Positions 22,746 to 34,114 are shown, counted from the stretch's first letter. The stretch: 64,000 bases of DNA from an uncultured Streptococcus sp. (GCA_963523415.1 CAURBR010000006.1:1823-65822); one strand, 5' to 3'. The notes: generated from the sequence alone by a model not told the origin. Translations and numbers: made by a program.

Positions 22746-24131
22746 TTATTCTGCTTTTAAGGCATCGACGACGGCGAGTAAGCCTGTGCCGTTGCTTGAT
22801 TTAATGAGGACTTGGTCGCCTTCTTTGAGTTCGGCTTTTAAGTCCGCAATCAAAGCTTCTTTATCCATATAATGGTGAAGAGCAGCTTCTTCAAATTGTC
22901 CCTTCAACGCATCATAGAGTGCGGTCATATCTTCTCCGTATAGATATACAAGTGCCACCTCATTTGGAGAAATGACTTCTGCTACACTTGCATGTAATTC
23001 TTTCGAACGCTCTCCTAGTTCACGAATGTCTCCAAGTACGAGAATCCGGCGGCCATTGGTGTCAACAGAAACAAATGATTTAATCACGGATTTCATTGCA
23101 ATTGGGCTAGCATTATAGGCATCATTCAAGATAGAAACTCCATGTTGTCCTTTAACCCATTGCGTACGGTTCTTCGTCAATTCAAAGTGCGCTAAAGCAT
23201 CAATAATATCTGAAAGGGATACGTCTAATGTTAATGCAATTTCAATCGCAATTAGTGCATTCGAGACATTATAAGCTCCAAGTACTGGCAATGTTACTGG
23301 TAGAGCTCCTGTTGGTGTCACTAATTCAAACGAAGTATGGTCTGGGTAGAGTTGGATATTACGAGCAGATAGTTCCGTGCTTCCTTCCCCTACCGTAATC
23401 GTTTGATAATGAGAAGGTTGTACTGCATTAGGAATTCCCGCTGTAATCAATGATTCATGTACTGGATAGATAAAGGTACCATTTTCTCGCAATCCAGATA
23501 GAATCTCTAGTTTTGCTTTAGCAATTCCTTCTTTACTGCCCAGTTGTTCCATATGGGATTCACCAATAAGTGTAATCGCTACTACATTTGGTTTGGCAAG
23601 TGTCGATAAGAACTCAATTTCATGAAATTCACTCATGCCCATTTCTAAAACGAGAGCTTCTGTATTCTCTGGCATGTCTAAAATCGTTTGTGGTAAGCCG
23701 ATATCGTTATTGAAGTTCCCTTGTGTTTTATAGACACGATAACGTGCTCCAAGAGCAGCTGCGGTCATATCTTTTGTCGTTGTTTTTCCAGAACTTCCTG
23801 TAATTCCAACAACAAGTGGTGAAACTTTTTGAAGATACCATTTTGCTAGTTTTTGGAAAGCTTGAAGTGGGTCATCTACCCATATTGCACAGATACCACC
23901 TGGCGGAGTAAGGTCTTTTCTTCCCCACAACACGGCTGTTGCTCCTGATTGAATGGCTTGCTCAATATAATCATGTCCATCTGTTTGCCCTTGAAGCGGA
24001 ACGAATAGACTATTTGGTCCTAATCTTCGTGTATCAAAAGCCACTGAATCAATGACTTCAAATCGATGTGCTGATTGATAGTCAATAGCTTCGACGGCTT
24101 TTGTTATTTCTGCAACAGTTCCAATACTCAT
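22746..24131 (-). CDS. murF: UDP-MurNAc-tripeptide--D-Ala-D-Ala ligase
   Basis: GITGSSGKTTTKD, NNDIG, EMGM, NDAYNASP. Confidence 0.96.
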   Translation of the reverse strand: MSIGTVAEITKAVEAIDYQSAHRFEVIDSVAFDTRRLGPNSLFVPLQGQTDGHDYIEQAIQSGATAVLWGRKDLTPPGGICAIWVDDPLQAFQKLAKWYLQKVSPLVVGITGSSGKTTTKDMTAAALGARYRVYKTQGNFNNDIGLPQTILDMPENTEALVLEMGMSEFHEIEFLSTLAKPNVVAITLIGESHMEQLGSKEGIAKAKLEILSGLRENGTFIYPVHESLITAGIPNAVQPSHYQTITVGEGSTELSARNIQLYPDHTSFELVTPTGALPVTLPVLGAYNVSNALIAIEIALTLDVSLSDIIDALAHFELTKNRTQWVKGQHGVSILNDAYNASPIAMKSVIKSFVSVDTNGRRILVLGDIRELGERSKELHASVAEVISPNEVALVYLYGEDMTALYDALKGQFEEAALHHYMDKEALIADLKAELKEGDQVLIKSSNGTGLLAVVDALKAE

Positions 24132-24142
24132 TTTTCTACCCC

Positions 24143-25216
24143 TTATCTCGCATGACGATCTTCATAGCGTTTCAACGCTAATCGGATGAGTTCTTCTACT
24201 AAGTCCTTGTATGAAATCCCCATCGCTTCCCAAAGCTTTGGATACATACTAAATTGTGTAAACCCAGGCATTGTATTCACTTCATTAATGAAGACTTCAT
24301 TAGCTTCTGTCAAGAAGAAATCACAACGAGTGAGCCCACTGCCGTCAATCACACGAAAAGCAGTAATCGCATATTCACGAATCTTGTTAGAGACTTCTTC
24401 AGGAATATAAGCTGGGATTTGTAAAGTAGTAGTGTTATTAATATACTTTTCATTGTAGTCATAGAAACCTGCTTGTTTCACAACTTCTCCCACAACGGAA
24501 GCATTCACTTCATCATTTCCAAGAACTGCAACTTCGACTTCGCGAGCAATAATTCCTTGTTCTACGACGATACGACGGTCAAATTTCAATGCCTCTTGAA
24601 TCGCTTCTGTTAACTCTTCACGATTTTCTGCTTTTGAAATTCCTACACTTGACCCCATATTCGCTGGTTTTACAAATACAGGATAGCGCAATGTCCCTTC
24701 TACTCGTGTATAAATAGTTTCAGGAGATTTTTCAAACTCAGCTTTTACAAATGGAACAAATGGCACTTGTGGAATGCCCGCTTGTTGGAATAAATGCTTG
24801 CTGGCAATTTTATCCATTCCATTTGCACTGGCTAATACGCCACAACCAACATATGGTAAGTCTAAGATTTCGAACAATCCTTGAATGGTTCCGTCTTCCC
24901 CGTTTGGTCCGTGTAAGATTGGAAATACCACTGTATCTGGTCCAGCGATATCGCTTGGTTGGATGCGAACTCCTGTTGATGTTTCACCTTCCGTTGTTGC
25001 AAAATGTGCAACAGGTCCTTCTGTTAAACGAAGCGCTTGGTCAAAAGCTACAGGTGCCTTTAAGGCTTCTCCTTTTAACCAAGTTCCTTCTTTTGTAATA
25101 TATACAGGTTGTACATCATAATATTCAAAATAAATTTCTTTAATGATTGAACCGGCTGTCAGAATGGAAATATCATGTTCTGCACTCTTTCCACCGTAAA
25201 TTACTACAATTTTCAT
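24143..25216 (-). CDS. ddl: D-alanine--D-alanine ligase
   Basis: GGKSAEHDIS, HGPNGEDG, KPANMGSSVG, YDYNEKY (Tyr-type omega loop), EVNTMPG. Confidence 0.96.
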   Translation of the reverse strand: MKIVVIYGGKSAEHDISILTAGSIIKEIYFEYYDVQPVYITKEGTWLKGEALKAPVAFDQALRLTEGPVAHFATTEGETSTGVRIQPSDIAGPDTVVFPILHGPNGEDGTIQGLFEILDLPYVGCGVLASANGMDKIASKHLFQQAGIPQVPFVPFVKAEFEKSPETIYTRVEGTLRYPVFVKPANMGSSVGISKAENREELTEAIQEALKFDRRIVVEQGIIAREVEVAVLGNDEVNASVVGEVVKQAGFYDYNEKYINNTTTLQIPAYIPEEVSNKIREYAITAFRVIDGSGLTRCDFFLTEANEVFINEVNTMPGFTQFSMYPKLWEAMGISYKDLVEELIRLALKRYEDRHAR

Positions 25217-25387
25217 TTAAATCCTCCAAACTATTCGCACATTGCGAACTGCCCCTGATGAGACTCGTGAACGTTATTTTTACAAATAACCCTGCACCTT
25301 TCAGTATAACAAAACGGGAGTAGCGTTACAAGTTCAGGAAGTCCATAAAAAAAGTACCTTTCATTACATTCAATGAAAAGTACTCTT

Positions 25388-26155
25388 CTATATAGCATCA
25401 TTTAATGGCATCTTCGCCGTTACTGTCCAGTTCTTATAAACCTCATTATAGGTTAATTGCCCAATTCGTACATTATTTGTGACTGCTCTATCCGTATAAT
25501 GATAACGGTCTTCGGTTAGAAAGATAGGGACCTCTATCACTTGTTCCTTCTTTTGAGCTTGGTCAAACGCTAAACTAATTCCCTCTGCATAAAGTGGCAT
25601 CATCTCTTTTAACGCCTCAATAGAAATCGCTTCTGCAGTCTTTTTTCCACCAAAGAACAAGAAATTCGAAGACTCATTTAAAATGTCTGTCATCTCTTTT
25701 TGAACTTGTCTTGAGAGAATCGGTAAGAATTCTTCGATTTTACGGTAATACACTTTTGAATAACCATTCTCTAAACAAAGATAGATAAAATCATTTTGCA
25801 ATTTATAGAAGAATGGAGAATGTAAATGTGTTTTCGCGTGAGAAATATACAGTAAATCTGCAATCTCTTGTGGAGTCAACTGATGCACAAACTCAATAGA
25901 ATCAAAATCAATCCAATTAGATGGTGCTTCTCTTTTCTCTTGCACCGCTTGTAAATATTCTAAGACATTTTTTCGGCCTTTAATCCACATAAAACCAGTA
26001 TATGAATCATGCGTTGCAAAACTTGACTTCCCATTCAATAGTAGGATGTTTTGTGGAATCTCCGACTGTGGTAACGCAGGAAGATAAAACGGAATCGACT
26101 TCGTTAATACGTGATTCGATACGCTATCATAATGAATATATAATTGTTTTGCCAC
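25388..26155 (-). CDS. Conserved Firmicutes hypothetical protein
   Basis: GTG start after AGGAGG; WIDF, LTPQEIADLLY, HLHSPFFYKLQNDF look like conserved blocks. Confidence 0.7.
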   Translation of the reverse strand: MAKQLYIHYDSVSNHVLTKSIPFYLPALPQSEIPQNILLLNGKSSFATHDSYTGFMWIKGRKNVLEYLQAVQEKREAPSNWIDFDSIEFVHQLTPQEIADLLYISHAKTHLHSPFFYKLQNDFIYLCLENGYSKVYYRKIEEFLPILSRQVQKEMTDILNESSNFLFFGGKKTAEAISIEALKEMMPLYAEGISLAFDQAQKKEQVIEVPIFLTEDRYHYTDRAVTNNVRIGQLTYNEVYKNWTVTAKMPLNDAI

Positions 26156-26378
26156 AGTCTCCCACCTCCTAATGTTATCCTGTTCCATTATAAATGATTT
26201 TAGGAGACGAATACATATATTTTTGATTACATTTTTCGGATGAAACGGTTTTTTTTGTAACATTTTAGCAACATTCAAGCTTACCGATTCCAAAATAAAA
26301 AGAAAGTCGTTACTCCTCCATTCGTTTTCCTCATGATTGCATAAAAACAAAAAGACCGAGGAAACCCTCAGTCTTAAT

Positions 26379-27275
26379 CTACATTTTTTCTAAACGTTTA
26401 ATCCGGTTTTCTGTCGAAGGATGTGTAGCAAATAACGAATCTCCTTGTTCTCCAAACGGATTTGCAATATACAAAGTAGCACTTTGCTTATCCGCTTCCG
26501 TCATTGGAGGAGCCTCAGAAATTTTCTTCAGTGCTGAAATCAATCCATAAGGATTCCGCGTGAATTCAACAGCTGTGGCATCTGCTAAATATTCTCGATT
26601 CCGAGATAAGGCCAATTGTAAAATTGTCGACATGAACGGCCCAAAAATCATAGCAATTAAACCGATAACCATAAAAATCGCATTTGCCCCACTACCACTA
26701 TCATTATCGTCATCGTCACTACGACTTCCTCCACCCCAGAACATGATTCGCGAACCAAATTGAACGAGTATTGCAATAACCGCCCCAAGTGCAATCGCGA
26801 TGGTCTGCAACCGCACATCATAATTTCTGATATGTCCAAATTCATGGGCAATTACACCTTCGAGTTCTTCACGATTTAATCGTTCGAGGAGACCTGTTGT
26901 CACCGCAACCGCTGCTTTTTCCGGAGAACTCCCCGTCGCAAAAGCGTTTGGAGATTCATCCTCAATGATAAAGATTCGGGGCATCGGTACTTGCGCTACC
27001 ATCGAAATATCACTGACAATATTCCAAATCATTGGTGCTTGACTCTTATCCGTAATCTCACGGGCGTGATTCAACTGCATGACAATATTCGTGGCATTTG
27101 AAATCATCATTGTAGAGTAGATACCACCCGCAACTAGAGCGATAACTACTCCGGCCATTGCACTTCTTAAAGCGTAATAACCAATTCCAATTCCCACTGC
27201 AACAAAGAGCGCCATATACAATACAATAACAACAATGGTTCGCCGCTTATTCGCAGCAATCTGTTCGTATAACAT
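26379..27275 (-). CDS. htpX: Zinc metalloprotease HtpX
   Basis: PNAFATG, HEFGH, SRNREYLAD, THP; lemA-htpX pair. Confidence 0.95.
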   Translation of the reverse strand: MLYEQIAANKRRTIVVIVLYMALFVAVGIGIGYYALRSAMAGVVIALVAGGIYSTMMISNATNIVMQLNHAREITDKSQAPMIWNIVSDISMVAQVPMPRIFIIEDESPNAFATGSSPEKAAVAVTTGLLERLNREELEGVIAHEFGHIRNYDVRLQTIAIALGAVIAILVQFGSRIMFWGGGSRSDDDDNDSGSGANAIFMVIGLIAMIFGPFMSTILQLALSRNREYLADATAVEFTRNPYGLISALKKISEAPPMTEADKQSATLYIANPFGEQGDSLFATHPSTENRIKRLEKM

Positions 27276-27307
27276 TTAAGCACTCCTTTCTTTTATTGAA
27301 CAATTCA

Positions 27308-27868
27308 TTAGAATTTAACTTCTGGAACTTTACGAGCTTCCACTGGAGTTTCGAGCAATTCTTCTTTTGTGAATCCACCCATTCCTGCAATAATGTTTGT
27401 AGGAATTGATTGAATAGAGATATTGTATTTCGCTACGCTTGAATTATATAATTGACGAGCATACGAAATTTTATTTTCAGTATTTGTTAATTCTTCTTGC
27501 AAGTTTAAGAAGCTTTGGTTTGCTTTTAAATCTGGATAACTTTCAGCCAATGCAAAAATTGTCTTTAAAGCACCTGTTAGTTGATTTGAAGCTTCCATTT
27601 TTTCTTGTGGTGAAACATCGCTACCCATGTTTGCGATTTGGTTTCTCATCGCAATTACTTGAGTTAATGTTTCTTGTTCGTGTTTTGCGTAACCTTTTAC
27701 TGTTTCAACAAGGTTTGGAACTAAGTCGTTACGACGTTGTAATTGCACATCAATTTGTGCCCAAGCTTCTTGAACCCAGTTTTTTTGTTGTACGAGTCCG
27801 TTGTATGCAAACATTGCCCATAGAACAATTACAGCTAAAACTCCTAAAATAATCCATACTACTGTCAT
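27308..27868 (-). CDS. lemA: LemA family protein
   Basis: IDVQLQRRNDLVPNLVETVKGY, ESYPDLKAN; start at MTVVW after AAGGAG. Confidence 0.95.
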   Translation of the reverse strand: MTVVWIILGVLAVIVLWAMFAYNGLVQQKNWVQEAWAQIDVQLQRRNDLVPNLVETVKGYAKHEQETLTQVIAMRNQIANMGSDVSPQEKMEASNQLTGALKTIFALAESYPDLKANQSFLNLQEELTNTENKISYARQLYNSSVAKYNISIQSIPTNIIAGMGGFTKEELLETPVEARKVPEVKF

Positions 27869-28013
27869 TTTGTGACACTCTCCTTTAGTTTTAATATCCT
27901 CATTGTACCATATTTTACAAATAGTGTGTAAAATAGTACGTAAAGATAGAGTAGTAAAACCTAAGATTTTCTGCATCCATCCTAAGACGGATTTTGCAGT
28001 AGAAAGGAGCCCC

Positions 28014-28718
28014 ATGATTCAGCAACAGTTATTCTCGCCCATTCCACAGAGGATGGAGCATTTTCCTCTTTTTCCCTTGCCACAAAGTTATGTGGATTTT
28101 CTTGTGCAAAATGGCGCCGGATTCTTCACGAACACTAAAATCACAACGGTGGAACCAACGCGCTTTGGCCTCGACTACGCCCTCTGTAATGGACTGAGTG
28201 GCTACTCAGAAGGCCCGTATTTCCCAAGTATTCTGGATACTACATGGTCTCCAGAAGTGACAGGACTTCCTGAATATTTCGTAGTCTTCTTCCAAGATGG
28301 ACCTGTCTACTATGCTTTTGATTATCAAAACGGCGCTGCCAAGGAACCAAGCATCCGCCTGATAGATGTTGAAATGGATCAGTGGCTCAAAGTGGCAAAC
28401 TCCTTTGATGAGTTCCTAACAAAACTAGAAGCCACAACCGAAGCTATTACCTATGATATGAAAGACTGGATTTCTATCCATACCTTGCTGCAACAAATTG
28501 GACAGGAGAATCCCGATACGCTGGAGGGATTACTTGAAATCTTGCAAGATACCCATCCACAGCTCTTTTTGCAGCAAACCGCCTATGCATTAGTGCATAC
28601 AGAATCTAAAGCCATTCGTTCTATTTATAAAGAGCGCTTCGCCTTTATCGAGGATTTCCTCAGTACAGAATTCTCTTCTTATCCAGAATACCATCACTGC
28701 CGCACTTTATTATCATAA
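28014..28718 (+). CDS. SMI1/KNR4 (SUKH) family protein
   Basis: LPQSYVDFL..NG, FDY..EPSIRLID, VANSFDEFL; start after AAAGGAG. Confidence 0.8.
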   Translation: MIQQQLFSPIPQRMEHFPLFPLPQSYVDFLVQNGAGFFTNTKITTVEPTRFGLDYALCNGLSGYSEGPYFPSILDTTWSPEVTGLPEYFVVFFQDGPVYYAFDYQNGAAKEPSIRLIDVEMDQWLKVANSFDEFLTKLEATTEAITYDMKDWISIHTLLQQIGQENPDTLEGLLEILQDTHPQLFLQQTAYALVHTESKAIRSIYKERFAFIEDFLSTEFSSYPEYHHCRTLLS

Positions 28719-28725
28719 GCACAAC

Positions 28726-28755
28726 AATAAGACCAACATTTCTGTTGGTCTTATT
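28726..28755 (+). terminator. Intrinsic terminator after SMI1/KNR4 gene
   Basis: AATAAGACCAACA-TTTC-TGTTGGTCTTATT. Confidence 0.75.
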
Positions 28756-28786
28756 TTCTTCCTCTATCCATCCTCTTTTTTAAGTA

Positions 28787-29007
28787 TTACCAAAAAAAGT
28801 TCAAAACGGAGAATACGAAGGATTTTATAGTAGCAGTAATGGGGAATAACACAAAATGCGAATTAAGAGCCGTAGGAAGTCATTCCGTACGGCTCCTTTG
28901 AGGCTTTTGAGGTGAGAGACGACAGGCTCGAACCGTTGTCCCATTACAGCTATTATAAACAAATCCTTCAGTATTCGAAGTTTTGAACGAAGTTCATTTT
29001 TTAGTAA
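28787..29007 (-). repeat. Rod-like inverted-repeat element, copy C (inverted relative to A, B, D)
   Basis: Arms GTTCAAAAC/GTTTTGAAC, GAAGGATTT/AAATCCTTC, GTAATGGG/CCCATTAC; core GAATTA(28860)-[31 nt]-TTTGAG(28897)..GAGAC..GGCTC..CCGTTG(28933). Confidence 0.85.
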
Positions 29008-29040
29008 GCACCTTGCGGTGTTTCATTGTAACTAAAAGAA

Positions 29041-29071
29041 AAAGAGGGGTGAAAAACTTTCACCCCTCTGT
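29041..29071 (-). terminator. groEL terminator
   Basis: AGAGGGGTGAAA..TTTCACCCCTCT stem, T-tract on the minus strand. Confidence 0.8.
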
Positions 29072-29077
29072 CTTTGA

Positions 29078-30981
<1,904 letters not shown>

Positions 30982-31000
30982 ATAAAATCCTCCTTCATTT

Positions 31001-31027
31001 TTAGCACTCAAAACTTAAGAGTGCTAA
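31001..31027. promoter_or_regulatory. CIRCE element (HrcA operator)
   Basis: Perfect TTAGCACTC-N9-GAGTGCTAA. Confidence 0.97.
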
Positions 31028-31120
31028 CTTATATTTTTATAATACTCATTTGGTCAGGAAAAATCAAGGATAAATACTTGCTTATTTCTCTAGAATTTTG
31101 TAAGATTTTGAAAAGAAAGG

Positions 31121-31393
31121 ATGACTGCTATGCCAAGAAAAATTTTCTTTAGAAAACTCTACTTTGAAATCGTACTAGCCACTTTCTTTATCTTCCTAGC
31201 CACAACGCATTATCCCGGGAACGGATTTGACTTTATCACAATTTTCTGCTGTTTATTCGCAACTACCAGTATTGTCACAAGCATCAACATGTTACGTACC
31301 TACAACGAGTTAAAAAAACTAGCGAACATTATCAACAACCTTCCCGACAATGAGTCCTCACTAGACGATAAAGAACCAAAAGAAAAGCACTAA
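31121..31393 (+). CDS. Small 2-TM protein, YdiK/DUF4305-like
   Basis: Two hydrophobic segments; divergent from groES, as in the rex-ydiK-groES neighbourhood of Bacilli. Confidence 0.55.
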   Translation: MTAMPRKIFFRKLYFEIVLATFFIFLATTHYPGNGFDFITIFCCLFATTSIVTSINMLRTYNELKKLANIINNLPDNESSLDDKEPKEKH

Positions 31394-31424
31394 TCGCTCC
31401 GCAAATCGGATTGGATTAGTGCTT
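31383..31424. repeat. 42-bp cassette-boundary repeat R1 (hairpin, contains the ydiK-like stop codon)
   Basis: AAAAGCACTAATCGCTCCGCAAATCGGATTGGATTAGTGCTT, identical at 32828 and 33666. Confidence 0.95.
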
Positions 31425-31430
31425 ATTTTT

Positions 31431-31984
31431 TTATAGCTTAGCCATCTTTTTCAAAAATCGATATCTTGAAAAGAATCTAAGCCCAGGAATCAGTAATCCT
31501 ATGGAATAAGCTAATACAACGGTCGCAATGATTACTAAAATATGAAAAGTCCATAAGAATAATAGTACAAATATCAGGAATGCAACGACGATAATTGAAA
31601 AGAATTTAACATTCGTTTTATAAGTTTTAGAGGCTTCTTCTAAAACTTCTCGTTCCGTTTCTGAAGATAAAATAATAGGTTCCCCTACTCCCCATTGTTC
31701 TACTTTCCTCAGCTGGAATCTTGTTAACGCGAATATACTAATGAGTATAAAAAACAGTGAAACAACTCTAAATTCAAACGTAACGTTCCAATCAAATAGT
31801 GGTAACAAGGCTTTTAAAAGTATCCCCGCAGTGGCAACCATTGAATAAAAGAATGGCGGTATTTTTAAAGTTTTAGTTTCTATGATGCTGTAATATTGAT
31901 TATCATTCGTGTTGAAATAAAGTCAAATGGTCTCTTACATAAAATCAACCAATTTTTCTGAGTAAAAATCTTCTTGTTTTCCAA
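31431..31984 (-). pseudogene. Frameshifted multi-TM membrane protein
   Basis: TTG at 31984 after AAAGGA gives MENKKIFTQKNWLILCKRPFDF; one extra T near 31920 would join it to YFNTNDNQYY...MVATAG (ORF 31431-31841). Confidence 0.6.
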
Positions 31985-32069
31985 ATTTTAAACATCCTTT
32001 TTTTACAATTCTATAGATTCATATCCTATTATCATTTCAATCGTGGACTAATAGAGCTTTTCACTAGCT

Positions 32070-32273
32070 CTATTTTTTATTATCTTTTTTTGATTCATCC
32101 TCATTCAATGATTGATTACTGTTCGTTGTACGATTCGATTCTTGCGTCATAATGACCTTTACAACCGTGTAAACAACTGCTAAAAAGAACGCTAAACATA
32201 ATAAAGTCGCAATGCCAAAATTAATGCTAAGGTCCTTAATAAATTGATCGCCAAAAATTCTTAATAGTTCCAT
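32070..32273 (-). CDS. Small single-TM protein (MELL- type) with charged tail
   Basis: AAGGGAGAG RBS; same position and architecture as 32874-33110. Confidence 0.7.
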   Translation of the reverse strand: MELLRIFGDQFIKDLSINFGIATLLCLAFFLAVVYTVVKVIMTQESNRTTNSNQSLNEDESKKDNKK

Positions 32274-32342
32274 CTATGAACTCTCCCTTTTAATTGTTAA
32301 CTTTCCCTTTTTTTGCATAGTCTAGTTTTCTCTATATAAACT

Positions 32343-32741
32343 TTACTCAGCTTTTTTACTTTTTAAAAATCTAACCAACTCCGGTGACCAACTGCCACCA
32401 CCATCTTTTATCTTCCCAGTATTATAGTCCTTATAAAGGTATACGGAGGTTTTATAATCTTTATTGTCATTAACATATAGATAAACAATTATACCGCCTG
32501 TTGGTTTTTTCTCGAAAGAGTCAATTGTATATTTTTGTATTTTCCCTTTTTCGGTAAAAGCATCAGGGTCAATCGATGTTAATACTTTCAAATATATCTG
32601 TTCAACTTCTTCACTCTTAACGATTTGACTCATCTCATTATTTTGAATAAATTCAATCGTCTTGTACCCACCAACTATTAAAATCAGAACTGCTAGAACT
32701 CCCAATAGAAATTGTTTTTTCTTTACCAAATCCAAAAACAC
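32343..32741 (-). CDS. DUF1310-like membrane-anchored protein (putative lipase-toxin immunity), copy 3
   Basis: N-terminal TM, IVKSEEV, DPDAFTEKGKIQKYTID, PTGGI.VYLYVND, GGGS. Confidence 0.8.
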   Translation of the reverse strand: MFLDLVKKKQFLLGVLAVLILIVGGYKTIEFIQNNEMSQIVKSEEVEQIYLKVLTSIDPDAFTEKGKIQKYTIDSFEKKPTGGIIVYLYVNDNKDYKTSVYLYKDYNTGKIKDGGGSWSPELVRFLKSKKAE

Positions 32742-32768
32742 CCCTCTCTTTTAAAATTCTATACGAAA

Positions 32769-32869
32769 CTATTTTTTCATAGTATATCACGAACTACACT
32801 CGTTATAAATACTCGCTCGATTCGTAAAAAAGCACTAATCGCTCCGCAAATCGGATTGGATTAGTGCTT
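32769..32869. repeat. 101-bp repeat R2 (terminator hairpin plus promoter)
   Basis: Identical to 33607-33707; includes the 42-bp hairpin and a minus-strand TG-A-TATACT extended -10. Confidence 0.95.
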
Positions 32870-32873
32870 ATTT

Positions 32874-33110
32874 TTATTCTTCATTATTGGGTGTTGCTTC
32901 TATTGATTCATTTTGCTCTACCGTGTCCTCGTCTTTTGTTTCACACCCCTTAAACACGCAATCTACCCCGTTACTAATCATCCAAAATATTGCTACAACC
33001 CCAATAAGGCATAAAAATATAACGAATAGTATATACATCATCATTAGATAAAAACCACCTTCGGGCCAAAATGGATTCCCTTCAGTAGCTAAAATTTTCA
33101 ACAATTCCAT
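32874..33110 (-). CDS. Small single-TM protein (MELL- type) with acidic tail
   Basis: AAGGGAGA RBS; follows a DUF1310-like gene. Confidence 0.7.
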   Translation of the reverse strand: MELLKILATEGNPFWPEGGFYLMMMYILFVIFLCLIGVVAIFWMISNGVDCVFKGCETKDEDTVEQNESIEATPNNEE

Positions 33111-33185
33111 CTATTGTTATCTCCCTTTTCTCTATTGACTGTCTTTTTTTCTAAATCCCTATACAACATTATAATGATACACGTT

Positions 33186-33578
33186 TTAATCCTTTTTACC
33201 TACTAAATCTTTGACCTTTTTAGCATATCCTCCACCAGACTGTTGTATTTTCCCCGTTTCATGGTATTTTTCTAGAGTCATTCGGACATACAGTTCACTA
33301 TCATCATTCAGAAACACCGTAAACATAATTCCTCCCATAGGATTATGCTCGATTGACTGTTCATCAATCTGATAGGAAACAATTTTACCTTTATCTGTTA
33401 AAGCATCATTATCCAAATATCGGAGATAGTTTTCTACTATTTCTTTTACTTCATCACTCTTAACGATTTGATTCATCTCATGATTGCGAACTATTCCCAT
33501 TATTGTATATCCTCCAACTACTAGGCCCACAACTACAAAGAGTCCTAAAAGTACTCTTATCATCTTTTTCAATTTCAA
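33186..33578 (-). CDS. DUF1310-like protein (putative immunity), copy 2
   Basis: IVKSDEV, LDNDALTDKGKIVSYQID, HNPMGGI, SGGGY; TTG start after AAGGA. Confidence 0.82.
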   Translation of the reverse strand: MKLKKMIRVLLGLFVVVGLVVGGYTIMGIVRNHEMNQIVKSDEVKEIVENYLRYLDNDALTDKGKIVSYQIDEQSIEHNPMGGIMFTVFLNDDSELYVRMTLEKYHETGKIQQSGGGYAKKVKDLVGKKD

Positions 33579-33606
33579 TTCCCATCCTTTTAAAACTGTA
33601 TACAAT

Positions 33607-33707
33607 CTATTTTTTCATAGTATATCACGAACTACACTCGTTATAAATACTCGCTCGATTCGTAAAAAAGCACTAATCGCTCCGCAAATCGGATTGGATT
33701 AGTGCTT
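33607..33707. repeat. 101-bp repeat R3
   Basis: Identical to 32769-32869, 838 bp apart. Confidence 0.95.
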
Positions 33708-33753
33708 TAATACTTTCTAATATCTGCTGTTATTTTCCCGCTCTTTTACTATA

Positions 33754-34095
33754 TTAATAGTCCTTTGAAACTTGTAGTCCTTTAAAATTTGTAGATCTTG
33801 CAGAAGAGCCTGTTTTATATGCTTCAATTTTATTGTTAAGTGTTTCTACAACTTTTTTTGAAAAAGCCCCCTCAATGGAAGAATCTATCTCAGATACTAT
33901 TTCTTTCATGTTGTTTTTTGCAGACCTTGATTCTTTTTCCATTTTTTTTACTTGTCTATTTTTCAAATCTTCTTTTTCCCTGATTTTTAATGGCGCAAGA
34001 AAATTTGTAATCATTGATTTCTCCATATCCTTTTTAATTAGCTTTTCATTTTCCATCAATCCTAAAAAATAATTATTTATATTTTGTCTCAGCAT
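33754..34095 (-). CDS. Small helical protein, putative T7SS secretion partner (Tla2-like)
   Basis: 113 aa, charged and helical, IEGAFS resembles a degenerate WxG turn; second small gene after the lipase. Confidence 0.55.
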   Translation of the reverse strand: MLRQNINNYFLGLMENEKLIKKDMEKSMITNFLAPLKIREKEDLKNRQVKKMEKESRSAKNNMKEIVSEIDSSIEGAFSKKVVETLNNKIEAYKTGSSARSTNFKGLQVSKDY

Positions 34096-34114
34096 AAAAA
34101 AACTCCCTCATCAT

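Noticed and set aside
25250..25272. CTGATGAG as a hammerhead ribozyme or fluoride riboswitch core
   Set aside because: No properly placed GAAA and stems, no GGnGAUGG 5' half; it is antisense to the ddl leader
31052..31068. Possible CtsR site GGTCAGG-AAA-AATCAAG at the groES -35
   Set aside because: Position is plausible but about 4 mismatches to consensus; too weak to call
31383..33707. 42-bp palindromic repeat (3 copies) as a CRISPR array
   Set aside because: The intervals are 0.8-1.4 kb and contain genes; no cas genes
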